Below, piece after piece: positions 38,135-48,372 of a DNA stretch of 64,000 bases; within the stretch, counting starts at the first letter, position 1, and each line of letters opens with the position of its first letter. Made by a program: the position numbers and the translations under genes. A model generated the notes under the pieces. It ran no database searches. It was not told the origin of the DNA and worked only from the letters and a program-made list of their open reading frames with translations. Origin of the DNA: Bdellovibrionota bacterium (GTDB taxonomy: Bacteria > Bdellovibrionota > UBA1018 > CAIPTA01 > JAALKR01); assembly GCA_965207455.1 (NCBI GenBank), contig CBDBMJ010000003.1:64001-128000 (forward strand). The letters run 5' to 3'.

Positions 38135-38995
38135 CTACCTCAATACCCAAGCTCTAAAATCTAAGAAATCAGTAGAACTTATTTTATTATCCATATCCAA
38201 TTTCTTAATCGGCACTAAAGCAATCACCTCTATCACTTTTCTACGCCCTTGGTAGGTAATGGGTTTTTCACCCACTAGACGGAGAAAGTTGTCGCCAAGA
38301 TTCTCCACTATTTCCATGCGCATAGTCTTTAGTTCAACTTTTGGATCCACACCCTTACCTTCCACAGAAGCAGGATCCACAGAATCAAGCTTCACAGAAT
38401 TAATCTTCACGGAAGCGAGCTCCCTTGAACTCTTTTCCACCTTCTTAACGATTTTATCCACAGGCAAAGAACGGAAAAGCGCACGCCGCATTTCCTTATT
38501 CAATTTCTCCTTTATATTCACAAAAACCACATCACCTAAACTAACTTTTTTGTTTGTATTCTCTGTAAACAGGTAATTGTCCGGATTGTTAGCAAACCAA
38601 AGACTGTTTTCACTTACCTCCGTGTCCCTAAAATCCTCACTCTTAAAGCGATCATTGGGAACAGCAGAAAATTTATCTCGAACGCTAACAAAAAAATCAC
38701 CCCTAGGTTTGTCTCTCAAAGAATCATGCACAGGAACGGTGTTTGCTGTAGGCGGCGGAGGAGGAGGAGGAGGAGGCAGTGGTAGTGCAGGCGGTGGTGG
38801 CAGCGGCCTATCCAGCTCTCTCTTCACCAACACATACTGCCTATCCAAACTTGCAATTCTTCTTTCTATATGAGAATTCTCCCATGCTAAAATTTTCTTT
38901 CTTTCCGATAAAGACCCTTCTTCAATCATAGAGCTAACGGAAGTGCTGCAACCATTGAACAATAACAAAAAAATAATATAGCTGGATTTTCTCAT
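38135..38995 (-). CDS. flgH: Divergent flagellar L-ring lipoprotein
   Basis: Lipobox FNGC, SLW, GDVVFVNIKE, N.ISS; position between flgA and flgI. Confidence 0.7.
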   Translation of the reverse strand: MRKSSYIIFLLLFNGCSTSVSSMIEEGSLSERKKILAWENSHIERRIASLDRQYVLVKRELDRPLPPPPALPLPPPPPPPPPTANTVPVHDSLRDKPRGDFFVSVRDKFSAVPNDRFKSEDFRDTEVSENSLWFANNPDNYLFTENTNKKVSLGDVVFVNIKEKLNKEMRRALFRSLPVDKIVKKVEKSSRELASVKINSVKLDSVDPASVEGKGVDPKVELKTMRMEIVENLGDNFLRLVGEKPITYQGRRKVIEVIALVPIKKLDMDNKISSTDFLDFRAWVLR

Positions 38996-40008
38996 AACCT
39001 AGCCTCCAATACCTTTTCCTCATTCAATCGCCCAGAAATTATTTTTCTTGTTTTTTTAATCCGCACCTGTAACGTGCGACCAATGGTTCCCTTACCCATG
39101 GCCTTGCCTGCCGTAGATATGGTTAAGCCACCCGCTCCAGAAAGAATTACTTTTACACTTTCCCCAGGAAGTACGTCCGGAATGGCGTCCAGAAAACTCA
39201 CTCTTAACACTTGCCCCCTAGAAATATTTCGATTGCTCCGCATACCAACTAAGTGCTTTTTCAATTCCTTCCTATTCTTTGCCAGCACCACAACGGCCCT
39301 ATAAACACGCCGAGTCTCCCCTAGCTTTTTATAAAAATACCGGGGCTGGAGTTTTTCTAAAAACCGAATATTTCTCTTACTTACCCACTGCTGTTCAAAC
39401 CATTTTATGTCTGCACTTACTAGGAAGGTTCTCCCAGCAGAGTAATTCTTCCCTTTTAATATCATGGGGGATTGTATGGAAATCCTAAAAAATATTCGAC
39501 CGTTCCAACTATGATGGTGCTGAGGCTCCACCACACTTAAGCTACTCCCACCTATCCGATTTTTCTTTAAAGCAACCACCGCACTTGTGGGTATCTTGAT
39601 GTCTTTTACGGAAAGAAGAACTCTCTTGGGAAGATCTCCATTCTTATGAACAAAACGCACTAGTAATTTTTTTATATTTTCCCTCAAAGACATAACCTTT
39701 TTCTGGCGCACATGAATCACCTTTGGAGCTTTGAACTCAATGGAATTATTCCCCACAATTTCCTGAATCCTCGATAAGATATAAGAGGAAGGAATACGCA
39801 AACTCTTCTTACCTGCTGGCAATTGTCCTATGGGCATCTCACTCAACAACTTAGCCTTCACCCCGTCGTTCAGTTTTATCTCAGCAATTTGATGAAGAAA
39901 AATACTTCTTCCCTTAATAAAAACAGGTGAACGTAAATGGATCTCTCCCCTAGCCTCCACATCCATGGGCGCGAAAAGAAAAAATAGAGCAATACTACTT
40001 AACCACAT
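38992..40008 (-). CDS. flgA: P-ring formation chaperone FlgA
   Basis: SAF-like C-terminus GE.VKV...GLTI...GKA...G.IG; position. Confidence 0.85.
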   Translation of the reverse strand: MWLSSIALFFLFAPMDVEARGEIHLRSPVFIKGRSIFLHQIAEIKLNDGVKAKLLSEMPIGQLPAGKKSLRIPSSYILSRIQEIVGNNSIEFKAPKVIHVRQKKVMSLRENIKKLLVRFVHKNGDLPKRVLLSVKDIKIPTSAVVALKKNRIGGSSLSVVEPQHHHSWNGRIFFRISIQSPMILKGKNYSAGRTFLVSADIKWFEQQWVSKRNIRFLEKLQPRYFYKKLGETRRVYRAVVVLAKNRKELKKHLVGMRSNRNISRGQVLRVSFLDAIPDVLPGESVKVILSGAGGLTISTAGKAMGKGTIGRTLQVRIKKTRKIISGRLNEEKVLEARL

Positions 40009-40780
40009 TGTTTGTTATTGATAGCATCGCGTCTGCCGCTTGCATCACCTTGGAATTCATTTCATAAGAGCGTTGCACCTTAATCATATTCACCATTTCG
40101 GTTACAATATTCACGTTGGAACCCTCCAAAGCTCCAGATAAAATTCTTCCAAATTTAGACGTTCCAGGAATACCTTGCTCCGGTACCCCCGAGGCCTCAG
40201 AAAATTTATATAAATTCCCTCCAACAGCCTTCAATCCGCTGGGATTAATAAAACGAACTAACTGGATTTGACCTAAATTCAAGCGATCCCCAGCACTGTT
40301 TTGGGCAGTTACAGTTCCATTGCGCTCAATCCCCACACTCAAAACATTGGGAGGAATGGTAATGCCTGGTTGTAGTAGATTCCCACTGGAAGTCATCATT
40401 TTTCCATCAGGCCCAATACGGAAATTTCCGTCCCGGGTATAACGAATCTCTCCAGAGGAATCCTCCACAGAAAAAAATCCATCCCCCTCTATCATAAGAT
40501 CCAAGGGAGCATTGGTCATTCGCGCCGACCCCTGAGTAAATTCTTTATACAGACTGGCCGTCTTTACTCCCGCACCCACCTGCACGCCCGTGGGCGAAAT
40601 GGTATTTCTACCTGTCTGAACACCCGGCTCTAACAACGTTTGGTAGAAAAGATCCTGGAATTTTGCAGTACCTCGCTTGTAACCCGTAGTATTTACGTTG
40701 GCTAAGTTATTGGCAATATTGTCCAAATCCATTTGCATGGCTTCCATACCCGTTGCCGCTGTGTGAATAGCTCTAAACAT
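39995..40780 (-). CDS. flgG: Flagellar distal rod protein
   Basis: IANNLANVNTTGYK, YTRDGNF, LEGSNV, QRSYEMNSK. Confidence 0.97.
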   Translation of the reverse strand: MFRAIHTAATGMEAMQMDLDNIANNLANVNTTGYKRGTAKFQDLFYQTLLEPGVQTGRNTISPTGVQVGAGVKTASLYKEFTQGSARMTNAPLDLMIEGDGFFSVEDSSGEIRYTRDGNFRIGPDGKMMTSSGNLLQPGITIPPNVLSVGIERNGTVTAQNSAGDRLNLGQIQLVRFINPSGLKAVGGNLYKFSEASGVPEQGIPGTSKFGRILSGALEGSNVNIVTEMVNMIKVQRSYEMNSKVMQAADAMLSITNNVVK

Positions 40781-40803
40781 TTTTTCCCCTCCAGTGTTCC
40801 TCT

Positions 40804-41628
40804 TTATTTCGTTATGTCGCTAATAGCTTTTTTCTCTATCTCTCCATAGTTTCTTATAATATTTTGATTCGCTTCAAATAAACGATTGGCTTTTAAAAGC
40901 GCAGTTAATTCTTGAATGGGATTTACATTGGAAGTCTCCAACATACCCTGTAATATCCCAGAGGAACGAGCATCCCTGTTTATGTTGGCGTTATCTTTGT
41001 TAGTAAACAAAGTACCCTCTTCCTTTAATAGCAAACGCTTGTCCACAAAATCCACTACAGAAAGCTCACCCACTTGCTTCTTTCCATAATATACCTCTCC
41101 ATTCCGGTTAATGATGAGAGTGCTCCCAGGAGTTTTGTTGTCTAAATAAATTCCACGATTTAAAAGATTCTGTCCTGCATTTTGAGGATTAAATCGTGTT
41201 TTTGATAGAACTAAATCACCCCTTAATGTAACCAAAGCACCTGCGGGATTGATACGAAAAGAACCACCCCTGCTATAACGAATTCCCTTGGGCGTGAGCA
41301 CCTCTAAAAATCCACTTCCATCTATGGCAACATCCAATGGAGATCCGGTTACTTTTATTTTTCCTGAACTAAAGTCTGTGAACGTTCCCCCCATTACCAC
41401 GTAGGCTTTGTCCTTACCGTCTAAGCGATGCAAATCTTTTTCTGTATATAGTCGGCGAGGAATGCCTTTTCCCTGCTGGGCCAAATCCGAGGAACTTAAA
41501 ATCTGCTGGAATACAATGGAGCTTTTTTTAAACCCATCTGTATTCACATTGGCTAAATTGTTTGCCACCACATCTAAGCGCTGACTTTGCACAATACTAC
41601 CAGAAACTGCAGGCCATATACCCTTCAT
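40804..41628 (-). CDS. flgF: Flagellar proximal rod protein
   Basis: ANNLANVNTDGFK, TGSPLDVAI, QGMLETSNVNP. Confidence 0.9.
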   Translation of the reverse strand: MKGIWPAVSGSIVQSQRLDVVANNLANVNTDGFKKSSIVFQQILSSSDLAQQGKGIPRRLYTEKDLHRLDGKDKAYVVMGGTFTDFSSGKIKVTGSPLDVAIDGSGFLEVLTPKGIRYSRGGSFRINPAGALVTLRGDLVLSKTRFNPQNAGQNLLNRGIYLDNKTPGSTLIINRNGEVYYGKKQVGELSVVDFVDKRLLLKEEGTLFTNKDNANINRDARSSGILQGMLETSNVNPIQELTALLKANRLFEANQNIIRNYGEIEKKAISDITK

Positions 41629-41653
41629 GCTTTACCCCTCTCTTACAAAGCAA

Positions 41654-41669
41654 AGCAATTCCCGTACCA
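41654..41669 (-). promoter_or_regulatory. Sigma54 promoter of the flg operon
   Basis: TGGTACGGGAATTGCT, 25 bp upstream of flgF. Confidence 0.75.
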
Positions 41670-41877
41670 CCTCAACAAGAAAAGAGAGAAATAGAAATTA
41701 GTAAGAAAAATCAAGCATGTAGGCTTGAAAAAAAATATCGCAGCACTGAAGAAATCTTTTATTTTTTTATTTTTTGACAAATACTTCCAAAATACTGACA
41801 GAAAAATGACAGTTAGACTCCCCATAATTTTGATTTTTTCGATTGCGTATATTCAAAATTCTGATTACATTCTCCCT

Positions 41878-42753
41878 ATGGACGCCATATTTCCCTGCAC
41901 CTCTCTAGCAAAAAAAATATTGAACGATTCCCAACAATCTGCCCAAGCCTTCCATGAACAATACAAACAAAAACCAACCCTTTGCGTGGTTTTAGTGGGA
42001 GAAGACCCTGCTAGCCTAGTCTATATAAAGAAAAAAAGTGAGGCCTGCAACACCCACTCTCTTGCAGCCACCGATATTCACCTACCCGAAAGTACTAGCC
42101 AGGCCGAACTCGACGATGTAATAGAAAAACTGAATCAAGACCCCTCCATCCACGGAATCCTTGTCCAATGCCCATTACCCCAGGGACTTTCCCAATCTCG
42201 CATACAGGGCCTAATCGATCCCAAAAAGGACGTGGATTGCTTTCATCCCACCAATACGGGCAAACTCATGAACAATCCCCAACAAGCTTTTCAAGAAGGC
42301 TTAGTTCCCTGTACTCCTGCAGGTATAATGGAAATTTTAAAGGAAAACGATATCTCCATAGACGGAAAAAATGCTGTGGTACTGGGGCGTTCTAACCTCG
42401 TGGGCAAACCCATGGCCCTATTGTTATTAGGCGCCAATGCCACCGTCACCCTTTGCCACTCCCGAACAAGAAATGTAAGCGACGAATGCAAACGCGCAGA
42501 TATTTTAATTGTAGCCGTAGGCAAACCACAACTCGTTACCCAAGAATTTGTGAAACCTGGAGCTGTGGTAATCGACGTGGGAATCAATCGAGTAAACGTC
42601 GACGGAAAAAATCGATTAGTAGGAGACGTGGATCAAACCTCCGTTTCCACACAGGCGAGCCTCCTTACCCCCGTACCCAAAGGAGTGGGAGTGATGACCA
42701 TTGCCATGCTTATTCGGAATACAGTGCGCGCAGCATGGAACCAAAAAAAATGA
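41878..42753 (+). CDS. folD: Bifunctional methylene-THF dehydrogenase/cyclohydrolase
   Basis: VGEDPAS..Y, GILVQ.PLP, KDVD, PCTP, GRSNLVGKP, TPVPKGVG; likely start 41878. Confidence 0.97.
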   Translation: MDAIFPCTSLAKKILNDSQQSAQAFHEQYKQKPTLCVVLVGEDPASLVYIKKKSEACNTHSLAATDIHLPESTSQAELDDVIEKLNQDPSIHGILVQCPLPQGLSQSRIQGLIDPKKDVDCFHPTNTGKLMNNPQQAFQEGLVPCTPAGIMEILKENDISIDGKNAVVLGRSNLVGKPMALLLLGANATVTLCHSRTRNVSDECKRADILIVAVGKPQLVTQEFVKPGAVVIDVGINRVNVDGKNRLVGDVDQTSVSTQASLLTPVPKGVGVMTIAMLIRNTVRAAWNQKK

Positions 42754-43841
42754 AAAAAACACCTCTATACAAACAACATGTACAATTAGGCGCAAACCTA
42801 GTGGACTTTAACGGCTGGCAACTGCCCGTGCAATATTCCAGCATTATGAAGGAGCATGCGGCAGTACGCAACCAAGCAGGTCTATTCGATGTCAGCCACA
42901 TGGGTGAAATCTGGGCGACGGGACCGGACGCACAAGAATTTATCAATAAAGTAATTACCAACGATGTCGGCCCCCTCCAAGAAGGCAAAGCCCTATATAC
43001 CGTACTGTGCCGACATGACGGCGGCATCCTCGATGATTTTATTGTCTATAAATACACACCCCAACGATTTTTAATCTGCGTAAACGCCTCCAACAGAGAA
43101 AAAGATTTTCGCTGGCTTGTGGAACAACTGGACAAAGAACGAGTGAAATTAGAAGACCATTCAGACAACTACTGTCAAATAGCCCTGCAAGGCCCCAAAT
43201 CCCTAGAAATTTTAAAAAAAATCTGCGACCCGGATCTTCCCTACTACCACTTCACAGAAAAAGAAATTTCTTATAACGGTGTAACTGTGCCGACAATGAT
43301 TAGTCGCACAGGATATACAGGAGAATGGGGTTATGAATTATATATGCCCAGCGCATATGGTCCCCACCTATGGCAAGCACTGTTGGAGGCAGGTTCTCCC
43401 CTAGGTTTAATTCCATGCGGCCTAGGCGCGAGAGATATTCTACGAACGGAAGTAAATTTTCCCCTGTACGGTCATGAGCTTACTGAAAATGTTACCCCCT
43501 TTGCAGCAGGTCTAGCCTGGGTAGTAAAAATGGACAAACCCTCTTTTATTGGCAAAGACGCTCTCCTAGAGCTAACAGAAAAAAAGACGTGCCTAAGAAA
43601 TATTGTAATGGAAGGCCGTGCAATCCCCCGCTCTGGCTGCGAAGTCTATGGACCAGAAAAAAAAGAACCCATTGGTTATATTACTAGCGGTACCCTTTCT
43701 CCTATGTTACAAAAACCTATTGCTATTGCTCAGGTCTCTAAGGACTTAACAATAGGAGAAGATATTTTTATAAAGATTCGAAACCGATTTTTTGCCGGAC
43801 AGGTGGTGAAGGCTCCCTTCTATAAAAAAGAGGAAAAGTAA
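42750..43841 (+). CDS. gcvT: Glycine cleavage system T protein
   Basis: KTPLY, GLFDVSHMGE, SRTGYTGE.GYE, CGLGARD.LR.E; start 42750 overlaps folD stop. Confidence 0.97.
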   Translation: MKKTPLYKQHVQLGANLVDFNGWQLPVQYSSIMKEHAAVRNQAGLFDVSHMGEIWATGPDAQEFINKVITNDVGPLQEGKALYTVLCRHDGGILDDFIVYKYTPQRFLICVNASNREKDFRWLVEQLDKERVKLEDHSDNYCQIALQGPKSLEILKKICDPDLPYYHFTEKEISYNGVTVPTMISRTGYTGEWGYELYMPSAYGPHLWQALLEAGSPLGLIPCGLGARDILRTEVNFPLYGHELTENVTPFAAGLAWVVKMDKPSFIGKDALLELTEKKTCLRNIVMEGRAIPRSGCEVYGPEKKEPIGYITSGTLSPMLQKPIAIAQVSKDLTIGEDIFIKIRNRFFAGQVVKAPFYKKEEK

Positions 43842-43845
43842 TTTC

Positions 43846-44235
43846 ATGTCAGAAGAAATTCCAAAGGACTTGCGCTATACTCCAGAACACGAGTGGGTAT
43901 CTGTAAAAGAAAATACTGCACTCGTAGGCATCACCTTCCATGCACAAGATGCGCTGGGTGAAATAGTTTATGTGGAATTACCAGAGGTTGGCACGGAGTT
44001 AAAAAAAGGAGACACTCTTGGCGCAGTGGAAAGTGTAAAGGCCGCTAACGATCTGTACTCCCCTATTTCGGGTAAGGTACTAAAAATAAATACAATGCTA
44101 GCAGACGACCCAGGACAAGTAAACTCCGACCCGTATAATGCAGCATGGATGATCGCACTAGAAATTACCAACCCTCAAGAACTCGACACATTAATCGACG
44201 CTGACGCATACAAGAAGATAATATCTTCCCTATAA
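43846..44235 (+). CDS. gcvH: Glycine cleavage system H protein
   Basis: HEWV, GIT.HAQ..LG, VESVKA, NSDPY. Confidence 0.98.
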   Translation: MSEEIPKDLRYTPEHEWVSVKENTALVGITFHAQDALGEIVYVELPEVGTELKKGDTLGAVESVKAANDLYSPISGKVLKINTMLADDPGQVNSDPYNAAWMIALEITNPQELDTLIDADAYKKIISSL

Positions 44236-44253
44236 TTTTTTTTAAAAGCTCCT

Positions 44254-44703
44254 TTGACAAAGTTTATAAACAACGATATGTTGGTCTCCGATATGCCCAG
44301 TGATACAAATTTTGCAACAGTTGACGTGAAGAAAAAAGAACTCATAACAGAAGAAAGTTCTTTATCTAATTTTGAAACAAGTACTTTTCATAACATTTCT
44401 CCGACGATAAACGAAGACACGAACTCCACCCACGCCAACCGACAAATTTTTTCCAGCATGCTTGTTACCAGCAAAATAGATTCCAATGTGGATTGCTCCG
44501 TAACGGACAGAATATCCCAACTGCTGGAAAGCCCTCAAGTGAATGCCATACTAAGTGCTGCAGAAAAACTATCCCGCGAAAAAGATATACCATTAGCAAA
44601 GTCCATGGAACAAATTATTGGAAGCCTACGGGAACTGGACGAACTATGGACTCAAGTTCTCTTCCGTGAAGGATTAAACCACCTAAGCAAATCTATCCAA
44701 TAA
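44254..44703 (+). CDS. Hypothetical protein (start uncertain)
   Basis: ORF with helical C-terminus; TTGACA-17-TATGTT at its 5' end suggests a later start. Confidence 0.65.
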   Translation: MTKFINNDMLVSDMPSDTNFATVDVKKKELITEESSLSNFETSTFHNISPTINEDTNSTHANRQIFSSMLVTSKIDSNVDCSVTDRISQLLESPQVNAILSAAEKLSREKDIPLAKSMEQIIGSLRELDELWTQVLFREGLNHLSKSIQ

Positions 44704-44713
44704 AACTAGCCGA

Positions 44714-44772
44714 GGTCACACAAGGGGGTCACACAAGGGGGCCGCAAGGGGGCCGCACAAGCGGACCGCACA
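44714..44772. repeat. Degenerate 13-bp tandem repeat (~5 units)
   Basis: GGTCACACAAGGG x2 then decaying copies, between convergent genes. Confidence 0.8.
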
Positions 44773-44773
44773 G

Positions 44774-45574
44774 TTAAGACTGCACCACAAAATCCCAATA
44801 AATTCTAATCAACCCACCTCGTTCAATCAATCCTCGTGGAGGATTGGGGAAAGGCCCCGCCCGATTAAACGCCTCAATAGCCGCCTCATCTAAATCAATA
44901 GCCCCCGACCCCCGTAACAACTTAATGGCCTTAATACGCCCATGACGATCAAGAAAAACAGAAAGGCGAGTAGTATAACTAGCATCCGTAAGAAAACGCC
45001 GCTCACTTTTTATGTAACGAAATATGGCACCACGAAGCTCAGAACTCCAAGAACTCTCCAAGCGCTTACGAATACGATGGTAATAAGTATAGTAAATAAA
45101 TTCTTTTGTATTTAACAAAGTGCTATTACCCTTTTTCACTTTTTTCAAATAATCGTTACTGGCCGATGGCTGAGCTAAACGCTTCCTCTTCTTGACGGAC
45201 ATAAAATTCCCCACTGTGCTGGGAACCAGTTGCTTTAAATCCAGCACCCTCAGCTGAGCTTTTTTTCCTGCACGAAAAGGGCTTATATTTTCAGACTTGG
45301 TCTCCTTTTTCACACTTTGATTACGCTTACCCAAATATTTGGTTTTTTTCGGCACCCTACGATCAAGACTTTCCTCCGTCTCCACAATCTGTCTACGCTC
45401 CACAGGCTCTAACAAATCAAACTCCACTATCTCTTGCACCTCTGCTACCGGTCGACCAAAGAAAAATCCAAAAGTAATAAAATGAATGAGAACGGAAAGC
45501 AACAGTGTCAGTAAAAGACTGGATGCCAACAATCTATTTAGCGGCAGAAAAGCTTTGGATCTCAGTTTATTCAT
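44774..45574 (-). CDS. TonB-family energy transducer
   Basis: N-terminal TM S...H, C-terminal SG...LDEAAI.A...AGPFPNPP. Confidence 0.85.
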   Translation of the reverse strand: MNKLRSKAFLPLNRLLASSLLLTLLLSVLIHFITFGFFFGRPVAEVQEIVEFDLLEPVERRQIVETEESLDRRVPKKTKYLGKRNQSVKKETKSENISPFRAGKKAQLRVLDLKQLVPSTVGNFMSVKKRKRLAQPSASNDYLKKVKKGNSTLLNTKEFIYYTYYHRIRKRLESSWSSELRGAIFRYIKSERRFLTDASYTTRLSVFLDRHGRIKAIKLLRGSGAIDLDEAAIEAFNRAGPFPNPPRGLIERGGLIRIYWDFVVQS

Positions 45575-45637
45575 ACATTCACATACCTAATAAAATATAC
45601 CCCTATACAACAAGGTATCGGCACTTTAATAGAATTT

Positions 45638-48367
45638 CTAAAAGTCTTCGCTAAAAAAATTGCTAGAATCGGGTACCTGCTGCTTATCCCTTGTCCTGAC
45701 TGTGGGTTCTGTGCCCTCTGCAAAAGCCACCTTTACGGAATCCACACTTTTGGAGCTAGCAAAACTACCGTCCTTAGGATTTATACGAACAAAAACAATG
45801 TCTTGGGGCACTTCGTAGGTATTGAGAGGATACACCTCCAAACAACTTTTCATGTAATCCACCCAAGCAGGTAAGGCTGCCCTAGAACCGGTCTCTCCCT
45901 TTCCCAGACTTCTGGGAGCATCGAAACCAGTCCATACTCCCGTTATAATTTCAGGGGAAAAACCCACAAACCAAGCATCCACGAAATCATTGGTAGTACC
46001 TGTTTTTCCACCCAAACTTCTTCCGAGGCGAGAGGCTCTCCAGCCCGTACCACGAGTAACCACGTCACGAAGTATATCTCCTATAATAAAAGCTGTTTTT
46101 GAATTCATTGCGCGCATGGGATCCTCAAACTGAGGTGCCTTGAAGTTGGCAATTTTCTCATCCTTACTCTCATCCTTCTTTTCTCCTGCGGAATCAGCGG
46201 TTTCTGGTATGGGATCAGATTCTTCTGCCAAGGCTTTAGCTGCTGCCTCCTCCTTCATTCTTTCCTCTTCACGATCCTCTAACCATTTTTGAGCTATTTC
46301 TGCCTGCACGTCTTCCTCATCATACTCGAAAAGAATCTCTCCATTTCTATCTTCGATTTTTAAAATATAAATGGGTTCTATTTTCAATCCATTCCTGGGA
46401 AAAAGCGCATAGCTTTTCGTCAAGTCCATCAAGGATATAATATTGGATCCAAGGGCAAGGGAGAGGTCTTCATTCAATCCTTTTCGTATGTCTAGGTTTT
46501 TTAAGTAATTTAACATATAGGGTACTTGTATTTTCTGTAATAGCTTTACCGTGGGCACATTTCGGCTTTTAATTAATGCCATCCGAAGAGTAGTGTCTCC
46601 ATAAAATCGCTCACTATTGTTTTCAGGGATCCATTTAAATTCTTCTTTCCCCTGATTTTCAAAAATCATGGGAGAATCCATAATAATAGACACCGGGTTA
46701 TAACCCCTATCTAAGGCAGCGGCATAGATAAAGGGCTTAAAAGCAGAACCCGGTTGACGCTTGCTCTGGATCACTCGATTATATTCTGAATTTCTAAAAT
46801 CCACACCACCAACCATGGCCACCACATAGCCTGTTTTTGCTTCCATGCTCACCAGCGCACTCTGAGCTGTTGCTTTTTGGGTCAACGCCACCCTCACATA
46901 CGGATCTTCTTTTTCCTCCTCTGGAGTGTTTTCCTCAGTGAGGTTGGATGGCTCTTCCTGAAAAAGTGCTTTAGGAATATCCAAGACCCTCACATCAATC
47001 ACATCACCTAAGCTAAGGGACTCTGAAACTTCTGTAAGCTTCTCACCATTGGAGAACGCATTGGATTCTATTTTTTTAGCCCAACTCATATTATTTATAC
47101 TCAGTTTTGTTTTTATCCCTCCAATCATGGCAACGGCTGCTTTCTTATCCTCATCTATACTAATAACAACGGCATGGTAATCCTCACCCTTGGCAAGTAA
47201 ATCTATTTCCTTCTTATATAAGCCCAACTCCTGAGCCTTATTCATGCTGTATTGGGCCCATTCTTCCTGAGACACTTCCTCATTTTTATCTGTGGGTAAG
47301 AGCAAGAAAGGGAATTTCTTTGTGAAAACCTCCACTTGAATTTTCTTTAACTCCTCCAGTATTTCTTCGTTATCCTCTACATACACTTTTTTTGACGGTC
47401 CCAAATATCCCTGCCTCTTAGAGAGTTTAAGAATATTCCTCACAATTGCTTTGTTTGCGGATAAGGAAAGATTATAGTTAGCGGCAGAATAGATTTTTAA
47501 TCCAGCAGTATAGAGCTGATCTTGGCCGTACTCCTCCAACACTTTCCTACGAATGTGCTCCACATAATAGGGGCTAACCTGGTTATTGACTTCCTTGTAA
47601 TGGTACAAGCGAACATTTTCCTCCATTGCCTGATCGTGCTGTTCTTGGTCGATATGTTTCGTATCCAACATCCTACCCAATACGTATAGTTGTCGCCTGC
47701 GCGCTTGCACGAAATTCGTCATAGGTGAGTACTTAGAGGGAGCTTGTGCAAGACCTGCCAGTAGTGCCATCTCTGCTATGGTTAGGTCTTTGGCATTTTT
47801 CTTAAAATATGTTTTGGCTGCTGCTTCCACACCATAAGCTCCATGCCCAAGATAAATTTGATTTAAATATAAAAATAAAATCTCTCTTTTATTGAGATTA
47901 TTTTCTATTTGACTGGCAAGAATGGCTTCCTTGAACTTCCGAGTAAAGGATCGCTCCGAGGTTAATAGTAAAGATTTCGCTACCTGCTGTGTAATGGTAC
48001 TTCCTCCCTGCACTACTCTACCTGCTTTCAAATTAGCCAAAGTGGCTCGAAGGATTCCTAAAAAATCAATCCCCTTATGATCAAAAAATCGATCATCCTC
48101 TGCACTAATAAAAGCTTCCACAGCGAGTTGGGGAATTTCATCAATACTCAGCACATAACGCCTTTCCTTGTAGAACTCTCCTATTATGCGACCGTCGCGA
48201 GAAAATACTTGGGTAACTAGTGCAGGTGAGTAGTCTCGCAAAGAAGAAATAGCTGGTAGATTTTTTAATACAACAAGGATTGCAATTAAGGCTGCTGTAA
48301 CTCCAATAATACCCAAGATAAAACAGCTAAAAAATATTTTTTTATACGACATTATACTCTCTCCCAA
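45638..48367 (-). CDS. mrcA: Penicillin-binding protein 1A
   Basis: EDDRFF.H.G, GGSTITQQ, RKFKE, RQPGSAFKP, SRN, KTGTTN. Confidence 0.96.
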   Translation of the reverse strand: MGESIMSYKKIFFSCFILGIIGVTAALIAILVVLKNLPAISSLRDYSPALVTQVFSRDGRIIGEFYKERRYVLSIDEIPQLAVEAFISAEDDRFFDHKGIDFLGILRATLANLKAGRVVQGGSTITQQVAKSLLLTSERSFTRKFKEAILASQIENNLNKREILFLYLNQIYLGHGAYGVEAAAKTYFKKNAKDLTIAEMALLAGLAQAPSKYSPMTNFVQARRRQLYVLGRMLDTKHIDQEQHDQAMEENVRLYHYKEVNNQVSPYYVEHIRRKVLEEYGQDQLYTAGLKIYSAANYNLSLSANKAIVRNILKLSKRQGYLGPSKKVYVEDNEEILEELKKIQVEVFTKKFPFLLLPTDKNEEVSQEEWAQYSMNKAQELGLYKKEIDLLAKGEDYHAVVISIDEDKKAAVAMIGGIKTKLSINNMSWAKKIESNAFSNGEKLTEVSESLSLGDVIDVRVLDIPKALFQEEPSNLTEENTPEEEKEDPYVRVALTQKATAQSALVSMEAKTGYVVAMVGGVDFRNSEYNRVIQSKRQPGSAFKPFIYAAALDRGYNPVSIIMDSPMIFENQGKEEFKWIPENNSERFYGDTTLRMALIKSRNVPTVKLLQKIQVPYMLNYLKNLDIRKGLNEDLSLALGSNIISLMDLTKSYALFPRNGLKIEPIYILKIEDRNGEILFEYDEEDVQAEIAQKWLEDREEERMKEEAAAKALAEESDPIPETADSAGEKKDESKDEKIANFKAPQFEDPMRAMNSKTAFIIGDILRDVVTRGTGWRASRLGRSLGGKTGTTNDFVDAWFVGFSPEIITGVWTGFDAPRSLGKGETGSRAALPAWVDYMKSCLEVYPLNTYEVPQDIVFVRINPKDGSFASSKSVDSVKVAFAEGTEPTVRTRDKQQVPDSSNFFSEDF

Positions 48368-48372
48368 TCACC

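Noticed and set aside
41725..42749. Long N-terminal extensions of FolD (41725) and GcvT (42453) in the ORF track
   Set aside because: Homology begins at 41878 and 42750; extensions overlap promoter DNA or folD
45615..45641. Sigma28 promoter upstream of the tonB-like gene
   Set aside because: Good -10 (GCCGATAC) but poor -35; too weak to call
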